A DNA stretch of 64,000 nucleotides. Source: Octopus vulgaris. Lineage: Eukaryota. The stretch lies in NCBI GenBank assembly GCA_951406725.2, contig OX597825.1, positions 61,628,001 to 61,692,000 on the forward strand, in the 5' to 3' direction. Shown here piece after piece: positions 13,202 through 25,649 of this stretch. The notes beneath the pieces were generated by a model. That model was not told the DNA's origin. It made no database searches and saw only the letters and a program-made list of their open reading frames with translations. The translations under genes and the position numbers were made by a program. Position 1 is the first letter of the stretch; the number at the start of each line of letters is the position of its first letter.

Positions 13202-13469
13202 TTTATGTGTGCCATTGTCTTAACATCATGTGATGGATGTGAACAAGCATCTCCATCATAAAAGCAACGTTCGCTTCCAGTCTTTGATGGAAAACATGTC
13301 TGGCTCTGGCTATGAGTAATATTCTCTTGCTTGGAAACTGGTGAGTGTTGGCAACAGGAAGAGAATCCAGCTGTAGAAAATCTACCTCATAAAATTCACT
13401 CTGACCAGTGCAATAATGGAAAAGTGGGCGTTAAATGACAATGATGTCGATGATAATGACAGATATGTT

Positions 13470-13790
13470 AGAGTCTTAAATAATTTTCTCATTTTCCATT
13501 TTCACGTGTTGCGCTTTATCAGTTTCATCCAGACCTAAGTAGATATAATGGAAGGTTCCTGTTTAATTAACCAATTTTGGTGCCTGTATCTAACTTAATG
13601 TTCTCAGTTTCAGTTATAGTTGATTTGGCACATATATCTAGTCTAAGACCCACTCTTATATCCTGGCCAAACAATTTTTTTTGTATGTCAACCAGCTGGG
13701 TATTATTTTTTGTTAATTGTTTTAAGTCATCCATAAAGAGGAGATGGTTTATAGTTTGTTCATAGCTGGGATGACCAAATTATTTGAGGA
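13470..13790 (-). pseudogene. R4/Dong-like non-LTR reverse transcriptase fragment
   Basis: Minus strand TINHLLFMDDLKQL (catalytic YxDD equivalent) followed by LDICAK. Confidence 0.7.
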
Positions 13791-14444
13791 GAAGAAGAAC
13801 CACATATTATATAGTTTTATGTTCAGAGAGCTGTAACATATACTTTCTAAAATTATATTTATGACATGTCACTATACTGCTACATAATTTTGCGCACTAA
13901 AGTAAATTGATTAATCACTGCACATTGCTGGCTTTTATAGAGTCTTCATGTTTACAGTTAATACTTTAAAATCCAGTCGGTTGGATATTAAAACAGCTTT
14001 AACGAAAATAACACTAAAACCTATCATTATCTCCAGAGCAACACATAGTAGCTTTGAAAGCTGCAGTTTAACTGTTGTTGGTCTAAAGCATTTATAACTG
14101 TTGGTGTTTTCATTTAACAGATTACTTAATAGGGTCTGTGCTAGACAGAGGAGAAGAAGAGATAAGGAGTCTCCTTAAAATATATTCGTTTTCTTATAGG
14201 TTTGTTTTTAATCATCTTTTCTTTGCCTTGTAGCAAAACGGTTTGTTTTTTTTCCTTCCCATTTTGATATTGTCTGGTTGATGTACTATATTAAGTATTG
14301 CAGCTATTTTGTTTGTATTAAGTATCTACAATATTCACAAGAGTGGTATGCACTGAAATGATTTTTCAGTAATCAATCCCTACTACACTAAAGTTGTTTT
14401 TTTTTCCTATTTTGCCTGTCTTCAATAATTCGCTGATTTACTAG

Positions 14445-14508
14445 TTTCTGTTGTTGCTGATATTGTTGTTGTTCTTTTTCTTTTCTTTTTCTTCTTTTTC
14501 TTCTTCTT

Positions 14509-14595
<87 letters not shown>

Positions 14596-14690
14596 GCTGT
14601 TGTTGTTGTTGTTCTTCTTCTTATTATTATTATCATTATCATTCTTCTTCTTCTCCTTCTTCTTCTTCTTATTACTATTATTATTATTAA
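14445..14690. repeat. (TTC)n/(ATT)n/(GTT)n compound microsatellite
   Basis: direct reading. Confidence 0.95.
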
Positions 14691-15116
14691 GGCAGACAGT
14701 GAGCTGGCAGAATTGTTAGCATGCTGGATGAAACACTTAGTGGTATTTTGTCTGTCTTTAAGTTCTGAGTTTGAATTCTGTTGAGGTCGACTTAGTCTTT
14801 CATCCTTTCAGGGTTGATAAACTAAGTACCAGTTGTCTACTGAGGTCAATCTAATCGACTGGCCCCGACCCCCAAAATGTCAGGCCTTATGCCTATAATA
14901 CAAAGGCAGCAAGATAGCAGAGATTTTAGCACTCTGGATGAAATGCTTAGTGGTATTTCACCCATTGCTACGTTCTGAGTTCAAATTCCACTGAGGTCGA
15001 CTTTACCTTTTATCCTTTTGGGGTTGACAAATTAAGTACCAGTGAAACACTGGGGTCGATGTAATTGACTAGTTTTCTCCCACTAAATTTCAGGCTTGTT
15101 CCTTTACTAGAAAGGA
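14690..15116 (+). mobile_element. two SINE family E copies
   Basis: gagctggcagaattgttagc head, gagttcaaattcc B box, catcctttc...aagtaccag domain. Confidence 0.75.
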
Positions 15117-15125
15117 TTATTATTA

Positions 15126-15204
<79 letters not shown>

Positions 15205-15208
<4 letters not shown>

Positions 15209-15476
15209 TAGTTTTATTTTTACAACGTGCTTTCACTTCACTACCGAGCCCAGCTCTGTGTGCCTTGGGTATGTGCTGTGGTTTGATTTGATGCTCTTAT
15301 GGTTACTGTATTGAAAGTGTTTTGTGTAGGATGTGTGCAGTGCCTAGTAATGCTATTTCCTGTATGTTATATATATTTATAAGTCCTGGTGTTTTTGTTA
15401 TGTATTTGTCTGAATATTTTTTTATCATACCTAATGCGCCTACTATGATAGGAATTGTTTCTGTTTTTAGATTCCA

Positions 15477-15480
<4 letters not shown>
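15205..15480 (-). mobile_element. 5'-truncated R4/Dong-like LINE 3' end inside an (AAT)n tract
   Basis: Minus strand MWNLKTETIPIIVGALGMIKK...IQEIALLGTAHILHKTLS*; (ATT)n on both sides. Confidence 0.8.
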
Positions 15481-15549
<69 letters not shown>

Positions 15550-16431
15550 TAGTAGTAAGGCAGTGGATTAGCAGAGTTGTTAAAGTGTTGAAAAAATGCC
15601 TTGTGGTATTTCTTCTGGCTTTATATATTCAGAGTTCGAATCCATGAATTGTTAGTGTTCTCTTTCATCCAAAGTTTATCAACTCTGGTGTATTCTTGAT
15701 TTAGTTTTGTCCTGGGCACTCTTTCCCCTCCAAAAGCACCCACTACTATGCAGATGGTGCCACTCTTCATTCCTGCATCACCTTATGTACTCATGTTAAC
15801 ATTACTTAATCTGCATTAATTTTGTGAACAGTGACCTCAAAAATATTTTGCAATCAGATTATGTCAATTTTGTCTTTTTTACCAGAAAAATGATGCATTT
15901 ATTCCATATATGAGGAAAATTTCCTTTCACATTACCTTACTGTCTTTCTACTTTTACTGTTTTATAAGACACACCAGCATTTTGATATTCTCTGACAAAA
16001 TGTCTCAAGAGAAGGGCAGCCACTTGAATGATTCACTGTCAATATATAATTGGTATATTTATTATTGACCTCACTTCTAGATAAATTTATGGCTGACAGA
16101 AACAGGTACTGTCAGCCATAAATGTGAAACTAGAATGAAGAGATTTGAAACAAATATCCATTTTTTAAAACATATTGCACGTCTTCAATCACATCTAGTC
16201 CCGATTATTACAGCTAATACAGAATAATAAATGTTTCCATCGCATTCTGCTTTGCAAAACCATCTTATAATGTCCAATCATTTTAATTTCTGCTATACAA
16301 GCCATTTTCAGATGTTTCCTTTGAGTAGTAATCATTCATTTCAAGCTGTCATTTTTTTAGTAATATTATGTCATGTATTTCGTTTTGGGATTTGGTTTGC
16401 AAGATTCTTTATATGAGTTCAGGTGTTGAAG

Positions 16432-16746
16432 CATATTCTGTTGCGTCTGGGGAGAGTCATTCTCTTTTTGTGCCTTATAATCTAACACACTCACCAATAA
16501 AATTTCCATTTTTTTCTTATTTTTATTTTACTGCAATTTTCGTTGCATCTTGCAACCTTTTCAATAGTTTTGACTCTCAAAACTATTGAGTCAAAACTAT
16601 TGAGTCACAACTATTAAAAAGGTTGCAAGACGCAACGAAAATTTTAGGAAAATAAGAATAAGAAAAACGTGGAAATTTTACCAGTGAGTGTGTTACATTA
16701 TAGGGCACAAAAAGAAAATGACTCTCCCTTGACACAACAGAATATG
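16432..16746. repeat. ~315-bp palindrome made of two divergent copies of a PLE-like terminal repeat with HHR-like cores
   Basis: catattctgttg...ttgactc matches the reverse complement of gagtcacaa...caacagaatatg; 14-bp tandem unit tcaaaactattgag at the centre. Confidence 0.85.
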
Positions 16747-18483
16747 TCATGTGTGTTACTCACTTTATCATACTAGCTTTGCCTGACAATTACATTGGGT
16801 ATACTGATGTCTGTAAATACTCAGCTTTTTATGCACTAATCTGATTAACAGGTAAACTGGTTAATCAAACAGCTAAATCCTAAACATCAAAACTGATGCA
16901 GACCATTTTTGCTTTGTATAGATGTAATACGGACGGATTAATAGTTTAGTAGATTTGAAAACATTGGTACTCACACAATAGAAGAAACGATGCTCTAAAA
17001 GGTGCTGTATAAAAGACTCATCCATTCTTTATTTCTATGGCAACTGAAGCTTCAACAGTGATCATGACATCAATGAAAGTGAGAAGAAATACTGAAACGA
17101 CATGGGTTTTACAGATCAATTATGTAAACAACAAAGAGTACAATAGAGTACTGCATACTGAAAACAACGTTGTGTTATGAAAGAATTAACTGAATCTGTT
17201 TGACTCAGAACCTGACACAGCTAGAGAATGCTTCTTTTTATTTAGACAATTGCTATAATATTTTGTTGACTGAATTTATGGCCAAACATAAGTCTAATGG
17301 TGTAACTAATCAAATATTTAACTTTATTTATCAGATGTATTCTCTATCATGAATTATTCTCTGGCCATTAATATTGATTGAATGGAATGAGGTCTATTAT
17401 GACAAGAACTAATATTTTTACATTTAGCTGAAAATTCCTTTGATGGTTTCAGTAAACATTGCCATGATTACAAATTGGAAAGCTTTGCAGTTATTCCCTT
17501 GGAATGTTCACCACAAGAAACCCATTTTTCAATATGTGATATCAGTAAAATGAAAGTCTTTGTTAATTTTAATGGGGATTTACAAAGTAAATGCTGCCAA
17601 TTATTTAGAAAAGACTGATAATGTTCTTTTTGTTGATGCTCCTTTTGCTAAATCAAAAGTACTTATTCCTCGTGTAGTTTTTAAATTTGTATTTCTACCT
17701 ATACACCATGTCATGAGTCAAATAACATTTCCTTCAAAGCCAAGAACCAATTTTATCTAAAAGGACAAAATTTAATCAGTCCAGCATCACCTTACTGATT
17801 GTTACCAGCATCGCCTTACTGGCACTTGTAACCGTGCTAGTAGGGTGCCAAGAGCACCATCCGAGTGTGATCGTTGCCAGAGCAGCCAACTGCACCAATC
17901 AAGCATGATTGTTGCCAACGTCACCTTACTGGCACCTGTGCTGGTGGCATTTGAAAAAAGAGTCAAGCAAGGTCATTGCCAGTACCGCCTGACTGGCCCC
18001 CGTGCCGGTGGCATGTAAAAAGCACCCACTACACTCTCGGAGTTGTTGGTATTAGGAAGAGCATCCAGCTGTAGAAACTCTGCCAGATCAAGATTGGAAC
18101 CTGGTGCAGCCATCTGGTTCACCAGCCCTCAGTCAAAATCGTCCAACCCATGCTAGCATGGAAAGTGGACGTTAAACGATGATGATGATGATGATGAGAG
18201 GAGCAATGGTAGTATACATTTCTATTAGAGCTTTCCAAGCCTGATGTGAAGTAGGGGAGTACCAATGTTTTCAAATCTACTAAACTATTAATTCATCTAT
18301 ATTACATCTATAGAAAAAAAATGGTCTGCATCAGTTTTAAGGTTTAGGATTTAGCTGCTTGATTAACTGGTTTACCTGTTTATCAGATCAGTGCATAAAA
18401 AGCTGAGTATTCCACAGAAATCAGTACACCCAATGTAATTCTCAGGTAAAGCTAGTATGATAAAGTGAGTAACATACATGACA
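16745..18483 (-). mobile_element. long-TIR DNA transposon relic, Ginger-like
   Basis: ~228-bp TIRs (16745-16972 / 18257-18483), TGT...ACA termini; minus-strand NNWQHLLCKSPL...FILLISHIEKWVSC...ITAK resembles an rve integrase core. Confidence 0.6.
17783..18197 (+). mobile_element. family B repeat nested in the long-TIR element
   Basis: same family motifs and (GAT)n tail. Confidence 0.82.
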
Positions 18484-18964
18484 TAATCCTAAGCTGAGGG
18501 ACCTATTCTATAAATTAATCTAGTGGCAAACAGCTGAGCCTGTGACATTTTATAGTGCCTTTAAGATTAATTAAAGACAGGGAGGAAAGAAGGAAAGTAT
18601 CTTCAAACTAGAGACTTGGTAAAAATGTTCATTGCTAGAATTTTGTTAAGGGCACTCAAATACCAGGTAGTGATATTAAAATAACTGATTGCCTAAATCT
18701 ACTACTTATGAAGGCGGTGGTATGATCTGATCTCAGAATGCAAAGATGAGAAAATAAACAAACTAAAAAACATCTTAACTGACATTTTAATGATTCTACT
18801 CAGCAACTGTTCCCTAGATCTCTGTGGTTTAGACAAGATTTAGAGGTATTGCTTTTTATCCATATTCCTGTCTTGATACCAAGCTTTTTGGTCTCCTATA
18901 GTAACATGCATGGATACAGTACACCTACTATAAAATTTTGGACAAGTGATTAAAATTTTTTTTT

Positions 18965-19292
18965 TTATGCCTTTAACCCTCCAACGTGGAGTATAAGCCA
19001 CTTATAATTGAATTCCATGTCGCATAATTTTTCGCTTCTGTACTTATACTCTGCCATGAATGTCCCCCTTTCTCTAGTTCCATTTGTGTTGATCTACGCC
19101 ACGAATTCTTAGGTCTACCTCTCCTTCTATATCCATCCGGTTTCCACTGTAAAGCACATTTTGCTGCATTTGGTGTGTCTTTTCTAATTCTGCTACCAAT
19201 CCACTTCCACTTTTTCTTAAATATTTTGCTCCTTAATCGAAACTTGGTTTGTTCTTTGCCATAGCTCCATATTGCTTATGTGTTTGGGCCAA
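18965..19292 (-). pseudogene. RTE LINE C-terminal fragment
   Basis: Minus strand KKKWKWIG..IRKD..NAAKCALQWKPDGYRRRGRPKNSWRR. Confidence 0.8.
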
Positions 19293-20547
19293 TTAAAGAT
19301 ATAATGTAGTAGAGAGTAAATATACTCTATGGCAACATAGTGACAACTCTGCATATGCTTTGGTCTTATTACATCTCGTTAGTAAAGTATAGTCTAACTG
19401 TTATTGCTAAACCTCAGATAACTGAGAGAAAGGAGGAAAGGAGTGAAAGAAGGGAGAGACAGGAGATAGAGAGAAAAAGGGAAATAGATAGACTGAGAGA
19501 GAGAGGGGTGAGATAGAGAGATGGGGATAGAGAGATATGTGGAGGGAACAGCGGAGAAGGGGAAAGAAGATAGGAGAAAGAGAAAGAAATGGGGAAAAAA
19601 TGTTAATGAATGGGAATGGAGCGGTTTGAAAGAGAATACTTGGAAGAAAATAATTCAATGATAGCCTCTTCAGGAAAAACAGACAACAAAGTGGATGCTA
19701 ACATCATTACTGTACTGATGTTAGTTAATTAAGATATAAACTTATAGTCATAATTCTATTAATTTGCTGTTTGGTTAAGAAGATTGCTGTGGGAGTTTGC
19801 TTGGTATGCTTATTTACATTTGTGCTTCTTCAAAATTCTGGAGCTAAAATCAGTTATTTTCTAATTTCTTCTGTTCAAAAAATATCCACATGGTTGTGTC
19901 TGACTATATGTGAAATAAGAGACTCCTTAATTGAAAAACAACTGCAGCTTTGCAATATAACAGGTATTTAGCTGTAAAACAATACTGCAATAATAGACTA
20001 GTCAAACTCATGCTAGCATGGAAAAATAGACATAAAAATTGATGAACCTGAATTACTTTGACAGATATATCAGTGACTCAATCTCAACAAAGCTGTATTT
20101 ACATATTAACATCAATCAAAACCATATATACTTGAATAGACATTAACCTTTGAATAGTTTATTTTTCAGATATAAATCAGTTTTGATTTATATTCCAAAA
20201 GAAAATGTATTTGAATTTGATGTTAATCAATTTCAAGCATTAGCATACTCTGTTATTCAATTAAAGTAGACAATATTTCATGTTCTTGAAACAATGGAAC
20301 TACATTCACTAACGTATTGCTATTTTAGTTCGATTATTTCTCTTTGCAAATTGAGGATTTTCCAGTCAGAAAAGCCTGCCTGGTAACTACCCAGTACACA
20401 TTTAATACTTACAATATTCATTAATTGTGGATGAATAAAACAAAATATTGTAGTTGATGGATTAAAGGGTCACTCTGAATACAAGCTTTCACGGTGTAAT
20501 TAAGAAGTTCATTTTATAATTAACTGGTTTTAGCTTGATGATGCTGT

Positions 20548-20931
20548 TGACAGTTGAGCGACTGTTGGGCGACTGGTCTTCGTCCCAAAGCTCGCAAGAT
20601 GAGAGAAGTCCGAAACATGGTCCTTTGCTATTTGTAAGACTCGCAGAAGAGAAAGCAGGTCAACCCCAGCACTGAGAGCATCGACAAATGGATGAATGCA
20701 CATCCAGGCTCAGTGTTTGTGTAGGAAGTCGGGGACATGAAACAGAAAGAAAGAGTGAGAGAAAGTTGGTGCGAAAGAGTACAACAGGGGTCGCCACCAC
20801 CCCCTGCCAGAGCCTCGTGGAGCGTTAGGTGTTTGCTCAATAAACACACACAACACCCAGTCTGGGAATCGAAACCGCGATCCTCCAACTGCGAGTCTGC
20901 TGCCCTAACCACTGGGCCATTGCGCCTCCAC
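20548..20931 (-). mobile_element. tRNA-derived SINE (family C related)
   Basis: A box TGGCCCAGTGG, gtttcgattcc; 12-bp TSD tgatgatgctgt. Confidence 0.85.
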
Positions 20932-21271
20932 TGATGATGCTGTGTAACACCTTGGATAAAGTCTTCTGTTATAGCTATATACTAACCAAAGTCTTTTAAA
21001 TGAAATTTAGTTGACAGCAATAGTGCAAAGTTTGTTGAAGGAATGGCTCCTATTCTTACTCAGTCGACTTAATTTCTCCCCCAGTTTTATCACTGTACCT
21101 GATCTTTGGGTGCATTTAGTGAAATTCACTCTGTGGCAAGTGAAGTTGCTGGATCTAATGGCTAAGGTGTTCAGCTCATGGTCATAGGGTCATGGGTCCA
21201 TGGATCAAACTGCATGTTGTGTCCTTGAGGTAGGCAAAGTACTTAATTTCATATTACCCTTGCCTACTGTT

Positions 21272-21573
21272 GTTTGTTCATTCTCGAGCCAGGCCTAGCT
21301 CATAAGGGCCGGTTTCCCGGTTTCCTTGGCATATAGGTTCCCCACCTGGACGGGACACCAGTCTGTTGCAGGTGAGCTGCAAGATGCAGGAGGAAAGAGT
21401 GAGAGAAAGTTGTGGCGAAAGAGTCAGCAGAAGTTCACCATTACTTTCTGCCGGAGCTGCGGGGAGCTTAAGTGTTTCGCTCATAAACACACACATTGCC
21501 TGGTCTGAGTTTTGAACCTGCGATCCCTCAGCTGCGTGTCCACTGCTCTAACCACTAGGCCATGTGCCTCCAC
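21272..21573 (-). mobile_element. SINE family C
   Basis: Close reverse complement of 6418-6717; TSD ccctYgcctactg. Confidence 0.88.
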
Positions 21574-23924
21574 ACCCTCGCCTACTGAAACACAATAAGT
21601 ACCAACTGGCTGCTAGTCCCACGTTCATACCCTCCAGAGTCACATCCACAATGCTTTGGTGAATCAAGGGCAAGATAGCCAAAAGTGGGTTCATTTTTTA
21701 ATGCAATGACATAGGTATCTAAAAGAATTGGCAAATGCATGGCATATGTTACCAAGTCAAAATTACTGATGAGTGACAGCTGGTCGTATTGTATTATTTT
21801 GTTGCAACTATTTGGATCAGGGTTTTCAGTTTCACAATGATTTTTTTTCTCCTCTCTGAGCCTTGGGGACCATCAAAATAACCAACAGTTGTGACTTCTA
21901 CCAAGTTGATGATGATGAGGATGAAGACAACGACTATGACCATCATCATCATCGTCATCAACATCATCATCATCATCATCACGGGCAGATGAGGGAAAAA
22001 GGGACCCCTGTCAGACCTTTTCCCCATTTTGACAGATGCCAACAGGTTGGTAGCATGTACTGAGTGCTTTTATATGTCACCAATACTAATGAAGTTACCA
22101 TGCAGCTTGAAAGAGTATGAACCCTAAGAGAAGAGGCCAGAGCAGAACAGGTTTCTTGTCATAGGTGCTACATGACTATTAGGAGGAAAGCATGATTTCT
22201 CTTGTTTTGTTGCTCTGATTTGTAAGTTGTGTAGGGCATGTGCTCAGAGCCTGAAGATCACTTGGAGACACTAAGCATATTTCAGAACCTGCATTGGTAA
22301 TATCTCCAATGTTTGAAATTATTAGTATCTCAGAGCTATATACTATGTACTTAAAACATTTTTTATCTCTCACCAAATGAAATGCTTTATTTGTAGATCT
22401 TAATAGGAAAGTAAACTATATATATATATAGACACAACTCATAAAATACTTCATAGCTAAAATAAGAAGATGAATAGACATAATATGAGCAGTACTGAAT
22501 AACATTTCAGTCCTTATAAATCACATGGTACCTTTCTTATCTATGATACATCAGAGCTAAATAACATAGCTTTTTACACATGAGCTCAAATAAAGAAAAA
22601 GAACTAAAAGAAATAATTATGCAAATTAGAAAGGTATGCTGGTACAAGTTTTAATTCTATAGGAGAATGACTTCCTTTTTTCTGGTAATTGAAAACATTA
22701 ATTATATTTTGCAAAAAAAACAAAAAAAAAAAGGAATGAAAATTGATGTCAGTACAGAATAAAACCTCAAAAATATATTGAATCAGTTCAAACAGTCACC
22801 TAGTAGAACTTGAACTCAGCGGACTTTTGTCTAATATCTAAATAACAGATTGTTTAAAAATAACCGAACTAAAAGTCTGTACTGTTGAAAAAGATAAATT
22901 AAAAATGACAAAAATATTAATGATTAAAAGTTAAAAGCTTTCATGTTTTGCCAAATTCATTTCAAAGAATGTTTTAATCTTTCTTAATAGAATAAATTTA
23001 TTTCATACAAATTACTATCTATCTAGGTAAATAATCAATAAAAGTAAAATGCCTTCAGTTATTTTCTCTTAGTTAAGCTGTGTTTCTGTGATTCTTAATT
23101 ATCTGTTTTTCCCACCTTACTTCTGGTTGCATGTGTTGACGTGAAAAAGGAAAATTCAGCTACAAGACGGCAACTTTCTGTTGCCACGGCGGCAAATACT
23201 AACACTTGAATCAGTACAACTGGTCTACTCTTAACTGTAGATTGATTGTAAAAATTTCATTTCTGTTATTGTAGTTGGCTGGCCGATGATCAGGAATGTT
23301 TGCCATTTGTCCTACAGTAGAATTCTAACTCAATCATTTAATTCCTATAAAAATGGCTCTAATTGGTTCAAATATTTTTTTAACTAACATACAGAGAAAT
23401 GAAGAGAAATGAAAAAAGGGAAGGAAAATAAAGAAAGACAAGGACAAAACTGGAATAAAAAAAACATACTCATTTCTGTAATAGTGTATCTCATACTAAT
23501 AGATACCATTTTTTTTACCTGCTCAGAGGATGGAAGATCAAAGTGCATGAACTTTTGATCATTTTGCAGCTTCTCTGCTATTTGACTGAGGAAGAAATTT
23601 GAGTTCATCTCTGAGTAGTGGAGGAGGGTGGGTGGGATCTACAAATTTCAAACGGTTTATCATGAGCTTTTAGCTGTATTTTGGCATTAGGAAGGACATC
23701 CAGCCATAGAAACCATGTCAAAAGCAGTCAATAGAGCCTGGTGCAGCTCTCTAGCTTGTCAGTTCCTGTTAACCCGTCCAGTTCATGAGAGCATGGAGGA
23801 CAGATGTTAAATCTGAAGTTAAATAATGATGAATGATATTAGATGATAATGTTAAATGAAGGACAGATGTTAAATGATGATGATGCTGATGATGGTGATG
23901 AAATGTGTTTCTATTTTAATGCCT

Positions 23925-24160
23925 TCATTGTGCCAGGGAAAAGCACCACTGATGCTATATTTCTGGTAAGACAGCTGCAGGAGAAATACATAGCCAAAGA
24001 TAAACCTCTGTACCTAGCTTTTGTTGACATGGAGAAAGCCTTCGACAGGGTCCTCCGCTCCCTTATCTGGTGGTTGATGAGGAAACTAGGAATAGATGAG
24101 GGGTGTACAAGCCATGTACAGAGATACTGTCAGTAAGGTGAGGGTTGGCAATGTGTACAG
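23925..24160 (+). pseudogene. RTE LINE reverse transcriptase fragment
   Basis: PGKSTTDAIFLVRQLQEKY...LYLAFVDMEKAFDRV...VQAMY. Confidence 0.88.
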
Positions 24161-24518
24161 TACATACATGCTTATATATATAAAAAGGAAAGACCCCCTT
24201 CTGGTCATGAATGGGATTGCACCAAGAAAATTCCCCTCTGAGGCACAAGTTAAGGCAAAATTGTTTATTGAAGACCAGCATCCCCACCTCTTCTATCCAA
24301 GCTACCGATGAGAAAAGAGAAAATGCAAACGCCAACACAACTTGTTGCCAGTGACATCACAACACATTTTTATGGTTGAGTGAACAAGAGCAACGTGAAA
24401 TAAAGTGTCTTGCTCAAGAACACAACACAAAGTCTGAACCAGGAATCAAACTCACAAACTCATGATTGAGAACCTAATGCTATAACTGCTGAGCCATGCA
24501 CCTACACCACATGCTGAT

Positions 24519-24565
<47 letters not shown>

Positions 24566-24566
<1 letters not shown>

Positions 24567-25120
24567 GCCCTGATGCAGTACCAAGCAGTGGCTCTCATGG
24601 CTTCTGATCTTAACTGACTGGATGTGTTATCATGTACATTGTTTTGTCTTGGTAGAAAAGATGGGCTACAACAAATATTCTGCTCAATACCACAGATTTG
24701 CTTGTCAGTTGTTTGACCTTCACCAGCTGAGCATGTCCCTTATTGGCTGACGATATGTGCATCTCTGATCATGAGCGGAGGTAGTGGGGGAGCATCATAG
24801 CCATGTGTTGAGAGGGATTCTTTGGGGTTTGAATAATTCACCTCTGGAAACATGGGTGTTTCATTCAACATCCTTAAACAACCCTTAATCAGGGACCTTT
24901 TGAGCGGGATGGGTTACCCTACCAGAAGAAAATTCTAACTGGGCCCCACCCGCAAGGTCATGTGCTATTTATCTTGTTATGAGATCACCATGTCGTGCAC
25001 ATATGGTTGTGATGCATGTGCCTGGTGTACCCTTATCAGACGGGTAGTCATGATGGGTATACTGGGCTTCGTATATTTTACCCCAGTGTCACTTTGATGG
25101 CATGCACTGCTCTCTCACTC
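24566..25120. mobile_element. ~555-bp GC-richer interspersed element embedded in (AAT)n
   Basis: Sharp compositional boundaries with (AAT)n on both sides; no recognisable coding motif. Confidence 0.45.
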
Positions 25121-25375
25121 AATAATAATAATAAAAATAATAATAATAAAAATAATAATAATAATAGTAGGGAATATAATTCCAAACTTACAGGGAAAAT
25201 TTCAATGTAGCAATTCTTAATCAAATTTTGCAATATATAATATATGCATAAAATTTAGAGAAAAACCTCTATTAAATAATTCAATAGTGAAAGACGTTAT
25301 TCACACCATATAGAAACAGTTAAATATACTATAGAAAACATTAATCTAAAAATCATTAGAATACATAAATAGTAA

Positions 25376-25497
25376 ATAGACTATTCACGTTTCTGGCTAT
25401 ATTTTCAAATAGATAATAATAACAAAATCAATTCGATTAAAACTAAATCGATCTAAAATTAATTTTATTTAAAAATATAGTAACTCATCAGGTCTAT
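25376..25497 (-). ncRNA. type-I hammerhead motif with extended stem II
   Basis: AUAGAC-CUGAUGA-GUUACUAUAUUUUUAAAUA...UAUUUGAAAAUAUAGCCA-GAAA-CGUGAA-UA-GUCUAU; perfect 6-bp stem I. Confidence 0.6.
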
Positions 25498-25516
25498 AAT
25501 AATAATAATCACGATG

Positions 25517-25565
<49 letters not shown>

Positions 25566-25594
25566 TAATAATAATAATAATAAAAATAATGATA

Positions 25595-25649
<55 letters not shown>

